DNA from: an uncultured Pseudomonadales bacterium
GTDB taxonomy: Bacteria > Patescibacteriota > Microgenomatia > UBA1400 > CAYXSR01
Direction of reading: 5' to 3'
NCBI GenBank assembly: GCA_964430265.1
Contig: CAYSEI010000003.1
Location: 65,070-129,069 of the forward strand
Length of the DNA: 64,000 nt
The notes beneath the pieces were generated by a model. It did not search any database and was not told the DNA's origin. It saw nothing but the letters and a program-made list of their open reading frames with translations. Made by a program: the position numbers and the translations under genes. Each line of letters opens with the position of its first letter. The first letter of the stretch is position 1. Positions 56,543-64,000 of the stretch are shown here, one piece after another.

Positions 56543-58479
56543 AACAGCTTAAATTGGAATATGCCAAAATTGTAGGGGCAGGACCTGAGGCTATACCTGA
56601 ATTGGATAATAAACAAGGATGGGCGCAAACGCACATTTTTATTCCTCAAGACAACAAAAAAAAACAAGCTGGTAATTTACTGGCAACTTTTTCTTTAAAA
56701 GCCAGGCAAAAAGGAATTGATGTAATATCATATGGTAAAGAAATAATTACCCGTTTCCACGAAATTTATTATTCTTCTGCAGAAAATGAGATTTTTAAGC
56801 GTTTAGAAGAAAGTTTAAAAAATTTACAAAATGAATTTATAAACGAGGTTAACCTTTCAGTTATTGCCGGTGTTGTTTTTGAAAAAAAGGACAAAAGTAT
56901 TGGATATTTTAGCAAAACCGGAGAAGGTGGAGCCTTTTTATTCAGAAACGATAAACTAATAACTTTGCTTGCTCCACAGAGTGGAAAAAAAACAGTCTCT
57001 GGAGTGCTTGAATCACAGGACAAATTATTGCTGGCAACAGAACAATTTTTTACTCCTTTGTCTTTGGGTGTTTTAAGGGCTGGATTCAAAAAAGAAAAAA
57101 CTGAAGAAATAGCAGAAGAATGGTCAACTATAATTCACGGACGACAAAACAATACAGAGACAGCAGCGGTTATTGTAAAGGTTGAAATAGAACAAGTTTT
57201 TGAAAAAAAAGAAGTTTCTTTGCAGCCGGTTGCAAAGAAAAAACAAACAAAAAAAAAGAACCTAAAGGATAAATTAGATGCTTTAAAAAAGTTTCCTTCA
57301 ATTTTTAAAGGATTTTTAAAGGATTTTAAAAGGGAGCGAAGCAGATATTACCAAAGTAAAAAGAAAAAAAAGAAAAGTAAAAAAACAACTTTAATAGTGG
57401 CAGTAGGTTTAATTATTCTTTTATTAGTCAGTGTATTTTTTGGTGCAAAACAAAAAACACAGCAGCAAGAAAAAGCAGCTTATCAAACAGTTGCTGAGGA
57501 AGTAAATCATTTATATGATGAAGCAGTTTCACAAATTGAAGTAAATCCGGTACGTAGTCAAAGTCTTTTAAAAGAAAGCAAAATTCTTTTGGAAGAGAAA
57601 ATGCCTGAGATAAGTGAAGAGTATCAAGCGGACCTTGAACAAATGCAAAAAAAAGTGGAAGCAAAAATTGAGGAACTCTCACGCAGCTACCAAATAAAAG
57701 AACCTGATCTTTGGCTGGATTTGAATCTGGCAAAAGAAGGTTTTTCCGGTAATGTATGGGGAGTAACAGAAAAAAAACTATATATTCTACAAGAAAACGC
57801 AGAAAGTATTTTAAGTGTGGATCAAAAAAGCAAGTCTTACCAAATTGCTGCTGGCGGTGATGAATATGTATCTACTGAAAAAGTGGCGGCAGTTAATGAT
57901 CGGCTATTTTTAAACACTTCAAGCAATAATTTATGGGTAATTGATGTTTTAGAAAAAGAATCAATTCAGAAAAAGCAAGAGCAAGAATGGGGGGAGATAA
58001 CTGATACAGTTGGATTTGGCAGCAACTTGTATTTGTTGGATAAAGGAGAAAAGCAAATATGGAAGTATGTAGGTATAGAGGCAGGATTAGGGGACAAAAC
58101 AAAATATTTGCAAGAAGATGTTGATCTTTTACAAGAAGCTGAGTCATTGGCTATCGACGGATCAATTTGGGTATTGACGAAAAACGGGGGAATTTTAAAG
58201 TTTATCCGTGGTGAAAGGGATCATTTTGTGGTTACAAGTCTTTTAGATCCCTTTATTGAACCCACTGATTTATATACCAGCCCTGAAGTTGACAATCTTT
58301 ATATCTTAGATAGAAAAGGATTACGGATTGTATTGATTGACAAAAAAACCGGTGAATACAAAGCGCAATACAAATGGTCGGGATTAGCTGCAGCAAAACA
58401 GATATTTGCTGACGAAGAAAACGGATATATCTTGGTTTTAACAGGAAATAGAATATATGAGTTGGAGCTGAAAAAATGA
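56539..58479 (+). CDS. Hypothetical membrane-anchored protein (646 aa)
   Basis: N-terminal cytoplasmic domain, K-rich segment, TM helix (TLIVAVGLIILLLVSVFF), C-terminal extracytoplasmic domain; start trimmed to the Met at 56539. Confidence 0.5.
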   Translation: MKQLKLEYAKIVGAGPEAIPELDNKQGWAQTHIFIPQDNKKKQAGNLLATFSLKARQKGIDVISYGKEIITRFHEIYYSSAENEIFKRLEESLKNLQNEFINEVNLSVIAGVVFEKKDKSIGYFSKTGEGGAFLFRNDKLITLLAPQSGKKTVSGVLESQDKLLLATEQFFTPLSLGVLRAGFKKEKTEEIAEEWSTIIHGRQNNTETAAVIVKVEIEQVFEKKEVSLQPVAKKKQTKKKNLKDKLDALKKFPSIFKGFLKDFKRERSRYYQSKKKKKKSKKTTLIVAVGLIILLLVSVFFGAKQKTQQQEKAAYQTVAEEVNHLYDEAVSQIEVNPVRSQSLLKESKILLEEKMPEISEEYQADLEQMQKKVEAKIEELSRSYQIKEPDLWLDLNLAKEGFSGNVWGVTEKKLYILQENAESILSVDQKSKSYQIAAGGDEYVSTEKVAAVNDRLFLNTSSNNLWVIDVLEKESIQKKQEQEWGEITDTVGFGSNLYLLDKGEKQIWKYVGIEAGLGDKTKYLQEDVDLLQEAESLAIDGSIWVLTKNGGILKFIRGERDHFVVTSLLDPFIEPTDLYTSPEVDNLYILDRKGLRIVLIDKKTGEYKAQYKWSGLAAAKQIFADEENGYILVLTGNRIYELELKK

Positions 58480-58907
58480 AAGTTGTAAACAGAAAAGCAC
58501 GCTATGAATATGAAATTTTGGAAAAGTATGAAGCAGGAATAAAACTCAAAGGACACGAGGTTAAAAGTATTAAAGAAGGAAGAATTAAACTAGAAGGAAG
58601 TTATGTCAAAATAATTGACAATGAAGCATATTTAATTAATGCCCATATTCCTCTTTATCAATATTCGGTTGATCCGGATTATGAACCCAGCCGCAGCCGT
58701 AAACTGCTTTTGCATAAAAAAGAAATTCTTAATCTTAAAGACAATGTAAAAGAAAAAAATTTAACAATTGTCCCTTTAGCCTGTTATGCCCTTAAGGGAA
58801 ATATAAAAGTACAAATTGGACTTGCCAGGGGTAAGAAGAAATGGGATAAGAGAAGAAAAATCAAGGAAAGAGAACTACAAAGAAGAAAAAAACAGATTAT
58901 CAAATAA
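58476..58907 (+). CDS. smpB: SsrA-binding protein
   Basis: MKVVNRKARYEYEILEKYEAGIKLKGHEVKSIKEG… canonical SmpB N-terminus, basic C-terminal tail. Confidence 0.9.
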   Translation: MKVVNRKARYEYEILEKYEAGIKLKGHEVKSIKEGRIKLEGSYVKIIDNEAYLINAHIPLYQYSVDPDYEPSRSRKLLLHKKEILNLKDNVKEKNLTIVPLACYALKGNIKVQIGLARGKKKWDKRRKIKERELQRRKKQIIK

Positions 58908-58965
58908 TAAGCCTGTTAAAGTCTATTTACATTCATCCTATAATTTAGTAAAATATACCTGTAAT

Positions 58966-59400
58966 GGGGATGAAGAGATTCGACGGAAAGGGTTCTTTAA
59001 AAACTGCAAGCCGACTTTGAACAATAGTCGCAAAACAGGTTTAAAAAAATAAACGTCAGCAAATTATCTGACAAACTAGCCGATCTAGGCAACGAAGTTG
59101 CTGCTACTTTTAGTCAGCAACCACGCGTAGTTTACGCTTAAAGTTACTAGAAAAGCTACTCCACCTTGATGTGGAGCGTTTTAGTCCGTTTTCCCTGGGG
59201 AATTGGCTAAGGCGAGAACTTACTCAGGGCGTCATTTTTAAAACATTGAGGCCGGTTTTAAAAAGGAGTTAAATTAAAGGTCTTATTCCCAAAGAATTTG
59301 TTTTGTTTGTTTCTCTCTTTGGGTTATAAAACAGACTAAGCTTGTAGAAGTTTTTACTGAGGCTTTTCGGACGGGAGTTCACTGCTCCCCATCTCCACCA
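58966..59400 (+). ncRNA. ssrA: tmRNA (transfer-messenger RNA)
   Basis: 5' GGGGATGAAGAGATTCGACGG… and resume region AATAGTCGCAAAACAGG…GCAAACGAAGTTGCTGCT…TAA (tag ANEVAATFSQQPRVVYA); 3' tRNA-like end GGACGGGAGTTCACTGCTCCCCATCTCCACCA with acceptor pairing GGGGATG/CATCTCC that includes a G3:U wobble (alanine identity); directly after smpB. Confidence 0.8.
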
Positions 59401-59404
59401 CTTT

Positions 59405-59428
59405 GGGGCTTTTTAAAGCCCCTTTTTT
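59405..59428 (+). terminator. Rho-independent terminator after ssrA
   Basis: GGGGCTTT/AAAGCCCC hairpin followed by TTTTTT. Confidence 0.7.
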
Positions 59429-59444
59429 GTTTTATGCTAAATTA

Positions 59445-60137
59445 ATGGTTTTGGATTTTTTCTTCCCTAAGAAATGTCTGGGCTGCTCAAAAAGCGGAGG
59501 ATACTTGTGTGAGCAATGTTGGAGTAAGCTTCAATTTCAGCATGAACAGATTTGTCCTTACTGTGAAAAAGATTCTCTTGAGGGGAAAGCGCACTTTAAT
59601 TGTTTAAAGCAAAGCTGTTTGTCAGGAAACATTTCTGTTTTAAAATACTCAAACCCACTAAGCAAAAGAATTTTGCACCAGTTTAAATATGCATATATCT
59701 CAGATTTAAAAACACTGATAGGACAAATAATTTATAAATACTTGAGTACAAACAATAAAATAACAAGCTTTACAAACTTTATTAAAAGCAGACCCGTAAT
59801 TATACCGATACCTTTGCATAAAAAAAGACAATCTTGGAGGGGATTTAACCAGTCAGAGCTGATAAGCAAGGAAATTGCAAAATATTTTGATTTAAAAGTA
59901 AACAATAATTGTTTATACCGTAAAAAGGAAACTCTGCCGCAAGTTGATTTAAGAAGAAAGCAAAGAAAAGAAAATATTAAAGGTGTTTTTAGGGTTGATA
60001 AAAGCAATCCTCTTGAAAATAAAAAAGTGCTGCTTATTGATGATGTTTGGACAACCGGGAGCACGCTTAGAGAAGCTGCCAAGAGTTTGAGAGGAAATTT
60101 TGATTGTAAAGTTTGGTCTTTTACTCTTTGCCGCTGA
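59445..60137 (+). CDS. comFC: ComF-family competence protein (double zinc ribbon plus phosphoribosyltransferase domain)
   Basis: CLGCSKSGGYLCEQC…CPYC zinc-ribbon cysteines and C-terminal PRT motif VLLIDDVWTTGSTL; start taken at the ATG at 59445 downstream of the ssrA terminator. Confidence 0.75.
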   Translation: MVLDFFFPKKCLGCSKSGGYLCEQCWSKLQFQHEQICPYCEKDSLEGKAHFNCLKQSCLSGNISVLKYSNPLSKRILHQFKYAYISDLKTLIGQIIYKYLSTNNKITSFTNFIKSRPVIIPIPLHKKRQSWRGFNQSELISKEIAKYFDLKVNNNCLYRKKETLPQVDLRRKQRKENIKGVFRVDKSNPLENKKVLLIDDVWTTGSTLREAAKSLRGNFDCKVWSFTLCR

Positions 60138-61152
60138 ATCGCAAAGGTTTGAATTTTAAAAGTAAATTTTGCGCTTTATTTTTAGTTTTTAAATCCACTT
60201 TTACTGCAACTAGACCTTTACCCGGTTGGCCGTAGAAAACAAAAGTTTTTAAAGGGGATAAGAGAATAAGCGGCAATACGCTCAAATCTTCCTCACCTAA
60301 AAGAGTTATTATTTGTTTTTTGCCTTTTAAACTTTTATTGATTGCAACAATGATAGTTTGGATTAAATCTTTAGTAATTGTTCCGGAGGGATTTTGTGTA
60401 TGTAATTTGTTTGCTTTAAGAGAGAAAAGGGGTTGGTGCAAATGCGCACTGATTTTTTCTCTGCGGTGCTTAAAATCAAGTACAGCAATATTAAAAGGTA
60501 AGTTATTTTTAATAAAAGAATGCGTAGTTATATCACCGACTGTAATAATCAAGAGGGGATTGTTTTTTTTAATAATTTTCTTTGCTTGTAACGCAGACCA
60601 GCGTAAGGAATGATCTGAACCGGAAAGAAGCTTTCCCATTGGTTTTTTAAAGTGTTTGCGTTGTTTTTCTGGAAGTAAAAGGGTGTTTTTAAAAAGATTA
60701 AGATGATTTATCCCTTTTTTGTTTGCTTTTCCCATGCGGATTTTTGTTGAGGAAACATTTTTATGCAAGGGTATTTTTTCAATTTTAAGCGAAGGAAGGT
60801 TTAGAATCTGTCTTTGTCTGTTTAAATATTTTGCACCGGAGAAAGTATTCTGGGTTGCAAAAATTGCTTGCAAAGACTGATTGGTAAAATAAGGGCCTAA
60901 GGGATTTTTAATAGGAAAAAGCCGGGTACGGTGCCAGTAGTTATTTTGTTTTAAGAACTTTTTTAGGTTTTTCTGGCGAAGCGTATATGGCTCAATCAGG
61001 TTATTTAAAGCTTTGTTTTTGGTTTTTTTGACTAAACCGCAGTAAATATATTGTGCTTTTTGATAAGCTTTGTTAAGAAACTTTTTGTGTCCCTGATGCA
61101 GGTGGTCAAATGTTCCGCCCAGAATTGCGTGTTTGTATTTGTATTGTGTCAT
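60121..61152 (-). CDS. Nucleotidyltransferase (HxGH cytidylyltransferase-like) fusion protein
   Basis: GGTFDHLHQGHKKFL (HxGH motif of CoaD/TagD-like nucleotidyltransferases) near the true N-terminus; start trimmed to the Met at 61152 because the track ORF extends across tRNA-Ser (spurious …GFEPL… translation). Confidence 0.55.
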   Translation of the reverse strand: MTQYKYKHAILGGTFDHLHQGHKKFLNKAYQKAQYIYCGLVKKTKNKALNNLIEPYTLRQKNLKKFLKQNNYWHRTRLFPIKNPLGPYFTNQSLQAIFATQNTFSGAKYLNRQRQILNLPSLKIEKIPLHKNVSSTKIRMGKANKKGINHLNLFKNTLLLPEKQRKHFKKPMGKLLSGSDHSLRWSALQAKKIIKKNNPLLIITVGDITTHSFIKNNLPFNIAVLDFKHRREKISAHLHQPLFSLKANKLHTQNPSGTITKDLIQTIIVAINKSLKGKKQIITLLGEEDLSVLPLILLSPLKTFVFYGQPGKGLVAVKVDLKTKNKAQNLLLKFKPLRFSGKE

Positions 61153-61218
61153 ACAGAGATTGTAGAATTCGGATTTATTGAAGTCAAGAAAGAATGATAT
61201 AATATATAAGCTTAACAG

Positions 61219-61304
61219 AGGAGGGTTGGCTGAGCGGTCAAAAGCGATGGTCTTGAAAACCATTGGGGTTAAACCCCGCAGAGGTTCGAATCCTCTACCC
61301 TCCG
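61219..61304 (+). tRNA. tRNA-Ser (anticodon TGA)
   Basis: GGAGGGT acceptor arm, anticodon loop CTTGAAA, long variable arm (TGGGGTTAAACCCCGC), T-arm GGTTCGAATCC. Confidence 0.8.
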
Positions 61305-61345
61305 CCTTTTTTTGCAATTTTGAATCAGATATAATTAAGCATATT

Positions 61346-61433
61346 GGAGGAGTCGCATAGTCCGGTCAAGTGCGTCGGTTTGCTAAACCGATGAGCCTTA
61401 AAGCTCACGTGGGTTCGAATCCCACCTCCTCCG
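61346..61433 (+). tRNA. tRNA-Ser (anticodon GCT)
   Basis: GGAGGAG acceptor, anticodon loop TTGCTAA, long variable arm, GGGTTCGAATCCC T-arm. Confidence 0.8.
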
Positions 61434-61434
61434 C

Positions 61435-63651
61435 ATGGATAAAAATTACGATCCGGATAAATCAGAAATTGATATATATAAATTTTGGGAGAAAAAAGGA
61501 TACTTTACTCCTAAAATAAAAGAGGGGGAAGCCCCTTTTTGTGTTTTACTGCCTCCGCCCAATGCAAATGATCCTTTACATTTAGGCCATGCTCTATTTG
61601 TAGTTGAAGATATTTTGTGCCGTTGGCACAGAATGATGGGTGATCCGACTTTGTTTTTACCGGGAACGGACCATGCAGGTATTGAAACTCAGTTTGTTTT
61701 TGAAAAAAAACTGCAGGAAAAAGGGAAATCCCGTTTTGATTTTGAAAGAAGCAAATTGTATGAAATGATTGAAGAATATGTGGAAGAGAACAGAGGGATA
61801 GCTAAAAAACAGTTAAAAAGGCTGGGATTTTCTCTGGATTGGTCAAGGGAAAGATACAGTCTGGATCCTGAAGCTTTAGATATTGTTTTTGAAACATTTA
61901 GAAAATTACATAAAGACGGATTGATTTATCGCGGGAAGAGAATTGTTAATTACTGTCCTCACTGCGGTACTGCTTTTTCTGATCTTGAAGTGGAATATAT
62001 AGAAAGAAAAGATTTTTTATATTATTTAGATTATGGTTCCATAACTATAGCTACAACGCGGCCGGAAACAATTTTTGCTGATGTTGCAGTAGCAGTTAAT
62101 CCGAAGGACAAACGCTACAAGGGTTTAGTGGGTAAAAAAGCAGTTTTACCTATATTAAACAAAAAACTACCTATTATTGCAGATGATTTGGTTGAAAAGG
62201 AATTTGGAACCGGAGCTTTAAAAATAACGCCTGGGCATGATAAAACTGATTTTGAAATTGGTGAAAAACATGGCTTGCCGGTTAAAAAGGTAATTAATAT
62301 TAAGGGAAAGATGATTAATGTGCCGGAAAAATATACGGGAATGAAAGTATTGGAGGCAAGAAAAGAGGTTCTTAAAGAACTGGAAGAAAAAGACAAGTTG
62401 GTTAAGAAAAAGAAAATTGAGCATGCAGTGGGAACCTGTTACCGTTGTGACAATCTAATTGAACCTTTGACCATGCCGCAGTGGTATGTAAAGATCAAAC
62501 CTCTGGCAGAAAAAGCAATGCAGGTTGTTAAAAAAGGCGAAGTTAAATTTATTCCCAAAAGGTTTGAAAAACTCTTTTTTAACTGGATGGAGAATATTGA
62601 AGATTGGAATATCAGCCGCCAAATTGTTTGGGGGCCAAGGATTCCTGCCTGGTATTGTTTAGACTGTAACCAGGAAATTATTGTTTCATATATAAATGAT
62701 AAGGGAGAAAAAATTACCCAAAGGTTTAAAAAAGTTAAAGATGATTTTAAAATCGTTAAAAAAGGATTACAGTCTTTGACAGCACCTGTAGATGCAAAAT
62801 ATATTTTACAAAATGTAGAAGCATGTCCAAAGTGTGGTGGTAAGAAAATATTGCAGGAGACAGATACGTTTGATACCTGGTTTTCTTCCGGACAGTGGCC
62901 TTTAACAACTTTACGTTTTCCTGATTCAGAAGATTTTGAATATTTTTATCCTACTTCTGTTTTGGATACGATGTGGGATATTCTCTTTTTCTGGGTAGCA
63001 AGAATGATTATGCTTTGTACGTACAGGGCTGAAAAAGTTCCTTTTAAACTTTCACACATGCACTCCCGAGTAGTGGATGAAAAAGGACAGAAAATGAGTA
63101 AGAGCAGGGGGAATGTAATCAATCCTATGCAAATGGTTAACAAATACGGTGCAGACGCCTTGCGAATGGCTTTAATTTATGGTGTGGCTCCGGCAAGCGA
63201 TGTTTCCTTGGGAGAGAAAAAGATTGAAGCAATGCGGAATTTTTGCAACAAGATATGGAATGCAACCCGATTTTTAATGTTTTATGTGCCCGAAGGGCTG
63301 GAATACAAAAAACCAGAACAAGTAAAACACGAAGATGACCAATGGATATTAAGTGAATTAAACAGGACAATTAAGGAAGTGAATTCTGATTTGGATAAAT
63401 ACCGTTTTGGTCAAGCCTTGGAAAAGATTTATCAGTTTTTCTGGCACGGATTTTGTGATGAATATATTGAAAAAGTAAAAGACCGTAAAGAAGAAACAAT
63501 GCCAATTCTTTTGTATGTCCTAATTACCAGCTTAAAATTAATCCATCCTTTTGCTCCTTATGTTAGTGAACAAATTTTCCAGATTCTAAAAGATGAAAAG
63601 AATATTCAGGGACTTGAGGAAGCAATTATCATTGAATCTTGGCCAAAATGA
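61435..63651 (+). CDS. valS: Valyl-tRNA synthetase (compact form lacking the long C-terminal coiled coil)
   Basis: Class I HIGH region PPPNANDPLHLGHA (ValRS-type PPPN…G.LH.GHA), KMSKS motif; editing/CP1 region present; 738 aa. Confidence 0.8.
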   Translation: MDKNYDPDKSEIDIYKFWEKKGYFTPKIKEGEAPFCVLLPPPNANDPLHLGHALFVVEDILCRWHRMMGDPTLFLPGTDHAGIETQFVFEKKLQEKGKSRFDFERSKLYEMIEEYVEENRGIAKKQLKRLGFSLDWSRERYSLDPEALDIVFETFRKLHKDGLIYRGKRIVNYCPHCGTAFSDLEVEYIERKDFLYYLDYGSITIATTRPETIFADVAVAVNPKDKRYKGLVGKKAVLPILNKKLPIIADDLVEKEFGTGALKITPGHDKTDFEIGEKHGLPVKKVINIKGKMINVPEKYTGMKVLEARKEVLKELEEKDKLVKKKKIEHAVGTCYRCDNLIEPLTMPQWYVKIKPLAEKAMQVVKKGEVKFIPKRFEKLFFNWMENIEDWNISRQIVWGPRIPAWYCLDCNQEIIVSYINDKGEKITQRFKKVKDDFKIVKKGLQSLTAPVDAKYILQNVEACPKCGGKKILQETDTFDTWFSSGQWPLTTLRFPDSEDFEYFYPTSVLDTMWDILFFWVARMIMLCTYRAEKVPFKLSHMHSRVVDEKGQKMSKSRGNVINPMQMVNKYGADALRMALIYGVAPASDVSLGEKKIEAMRNFCNKIWNATRFLMFYVPEGLEYKKPEQVKHEDDQWILSELNRTIKEVNSDLDKYRFGQALEKIYQFFWHGFCDEYIEKVKDRKEETMPILLYVLITSLKLIHPFAPYVSEQIFQILKDEKNIQGLEEAIIIESWPK

Positions 63652-63688
63652 TTTTGCTTGGATCTGAAATTGGTATATAATGATTAAA

Positions 63689-64000
63689 ATGGCAGATATA
63701 AAAAAAGCTCTTCCAAAAGAAGAACAAATCAATCCACAGGAAGTTTCCTTTGTCCCACCACCATTAAAAACACTTCTGGAATGGGAATCGCCTGCCAGAC
63801 CGTTTAAAAAAAGAGACCGTGAATATTTTACCACCATTGCTGCAATTGTTTTTTTAGTCTCGGTAATTTTACTATTTATCCAGGAGTGGCTTTTAATTGC
63901 AGTAATAATTTCTCTAATGTTTATTTCCTATGTTTTGGCAACTGTCAAGCCTGAGAACGTGAAGCATAAAATAACTACCCGGGGAATAAAAACAGGTAAA
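63689..64000 (+). CDS. Hypothetical membrane protein, 3'-truncated by the window end
   Basis: ATG at 63689 then an open frame to the window edge; two TM helices (…IAAIVFLVSVILLF…LLIAVIISLMFISYVL…). Confidence 0.4.
   Translation, partial: MADIKKALPKEEQINPQEVSFVPPPLKTLLEWESPARPFKKRDREYFTTIAAIVFLVSVILLFIQEWLLIAVIISLMFISYVLATVKPENVKHKITTRGIKTGK

Noticed and set aside
58816-59052. 78-aa ORF overlapping the smpB 3' end and the tmRNA 5' region
   Set aside because: It overlaps the well-supported tmRNA (acceptor stem, resume region, tag frame) and has no protein-like features.
61178-61360. 60-aa plus-strand ORF, and the N-terminal 55 codons of the minus-strand 60121..61317 ORF
   Set aside because: Both are translations across the two tRNA-Ser genes (…GFEPL… signature). 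The protein start was moved to the Met at 61152.
1-64000. Possibility of an alternative genetic code (UGA=Gly, code 25) as in some CPR lineages
   Set aside because: Long ORFs including dnaA, gap, valS and the 2967-aa protein are intact under the standard code, and neighbouring genes end on UGA, UAA and UAG without implausible read-through. No evidence for recoding was found.
1-64000. CRISPR arrays, IS elements or transposases, integrases
   Set aside because: No regularly spaced direct repeats and no transposase/integrase-like proteins were recognised by eye. The accessory loci therefore cannot be called an ICE or prophage from this window alone.

Overview
This is an AT-rich bacterial chromosome segment whose gene content and style suggest a Candidate Phyla Radiation (Patescibacteria) organism. 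Supporting signs are the split transketolase, many lysine/glutamate-rich low-complexity linkers, the leaderless-looking tight operons, and numerous VirB2/TrbC-like small membrane proteins. The standard genetic code appears to apply: ORFs are long and intact, and the tmRNA tag ends with TAA.

The window spans the chromosomal replication origin. The gene order is rnhA-jag-yidC-yidD-rnpA-rpmH on the minus strand, then divergent dnaA-dnaN on the plus strand, with DnaA-box clusters on both sides of dnaA.

The housekeeping blocks are:
- a pentose-phosphate/glycolysis operon (LOG-rpiB-gap-rpe-tktN-tktC);
- the lower mevalonate pathway (idi, two GHMP kinases, mvaD) together with a GGPP synthase, uppS and an ECF sigma factor;
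- smpB followed by tmRNA (ssrA);
- comFC;
- two tRNA-Ser genes;
- valS.

The accessory content is the most interesting part. It is a bipartite locus resembling a Gram-positive-type type IV secretion or conjugative-pilus system:
- a VirB4-family ATPase, plus a CagE/TrbE-N-like protein;
- a TcpE/VirB3-like two-TM protein;
- a 1229-aa polytopic protein ending in a CHAP peptidoglycan-hydrolase domain (PrgK-like);
- a VirB6/TrbL-like polytopic protein;
- a tandem array of seven VirB2/TrbC-like pilin paralogs;
- two further pilin paralogs elsewhere, one fused to a cysteine-rich extracellular domain;
- a SpoIID/LytB-like protein.

Between the two halves lies a 2967-aa giant protein with a PP2C phosphatase domain and a GT-A glycosyltransferase domain, flanked by a 1154-aa charged coiled-coil protein and acidic proteins. 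No relaxase, VirD4 coupling protein or integrase was recognised. No CRISPR array or IS element was found.
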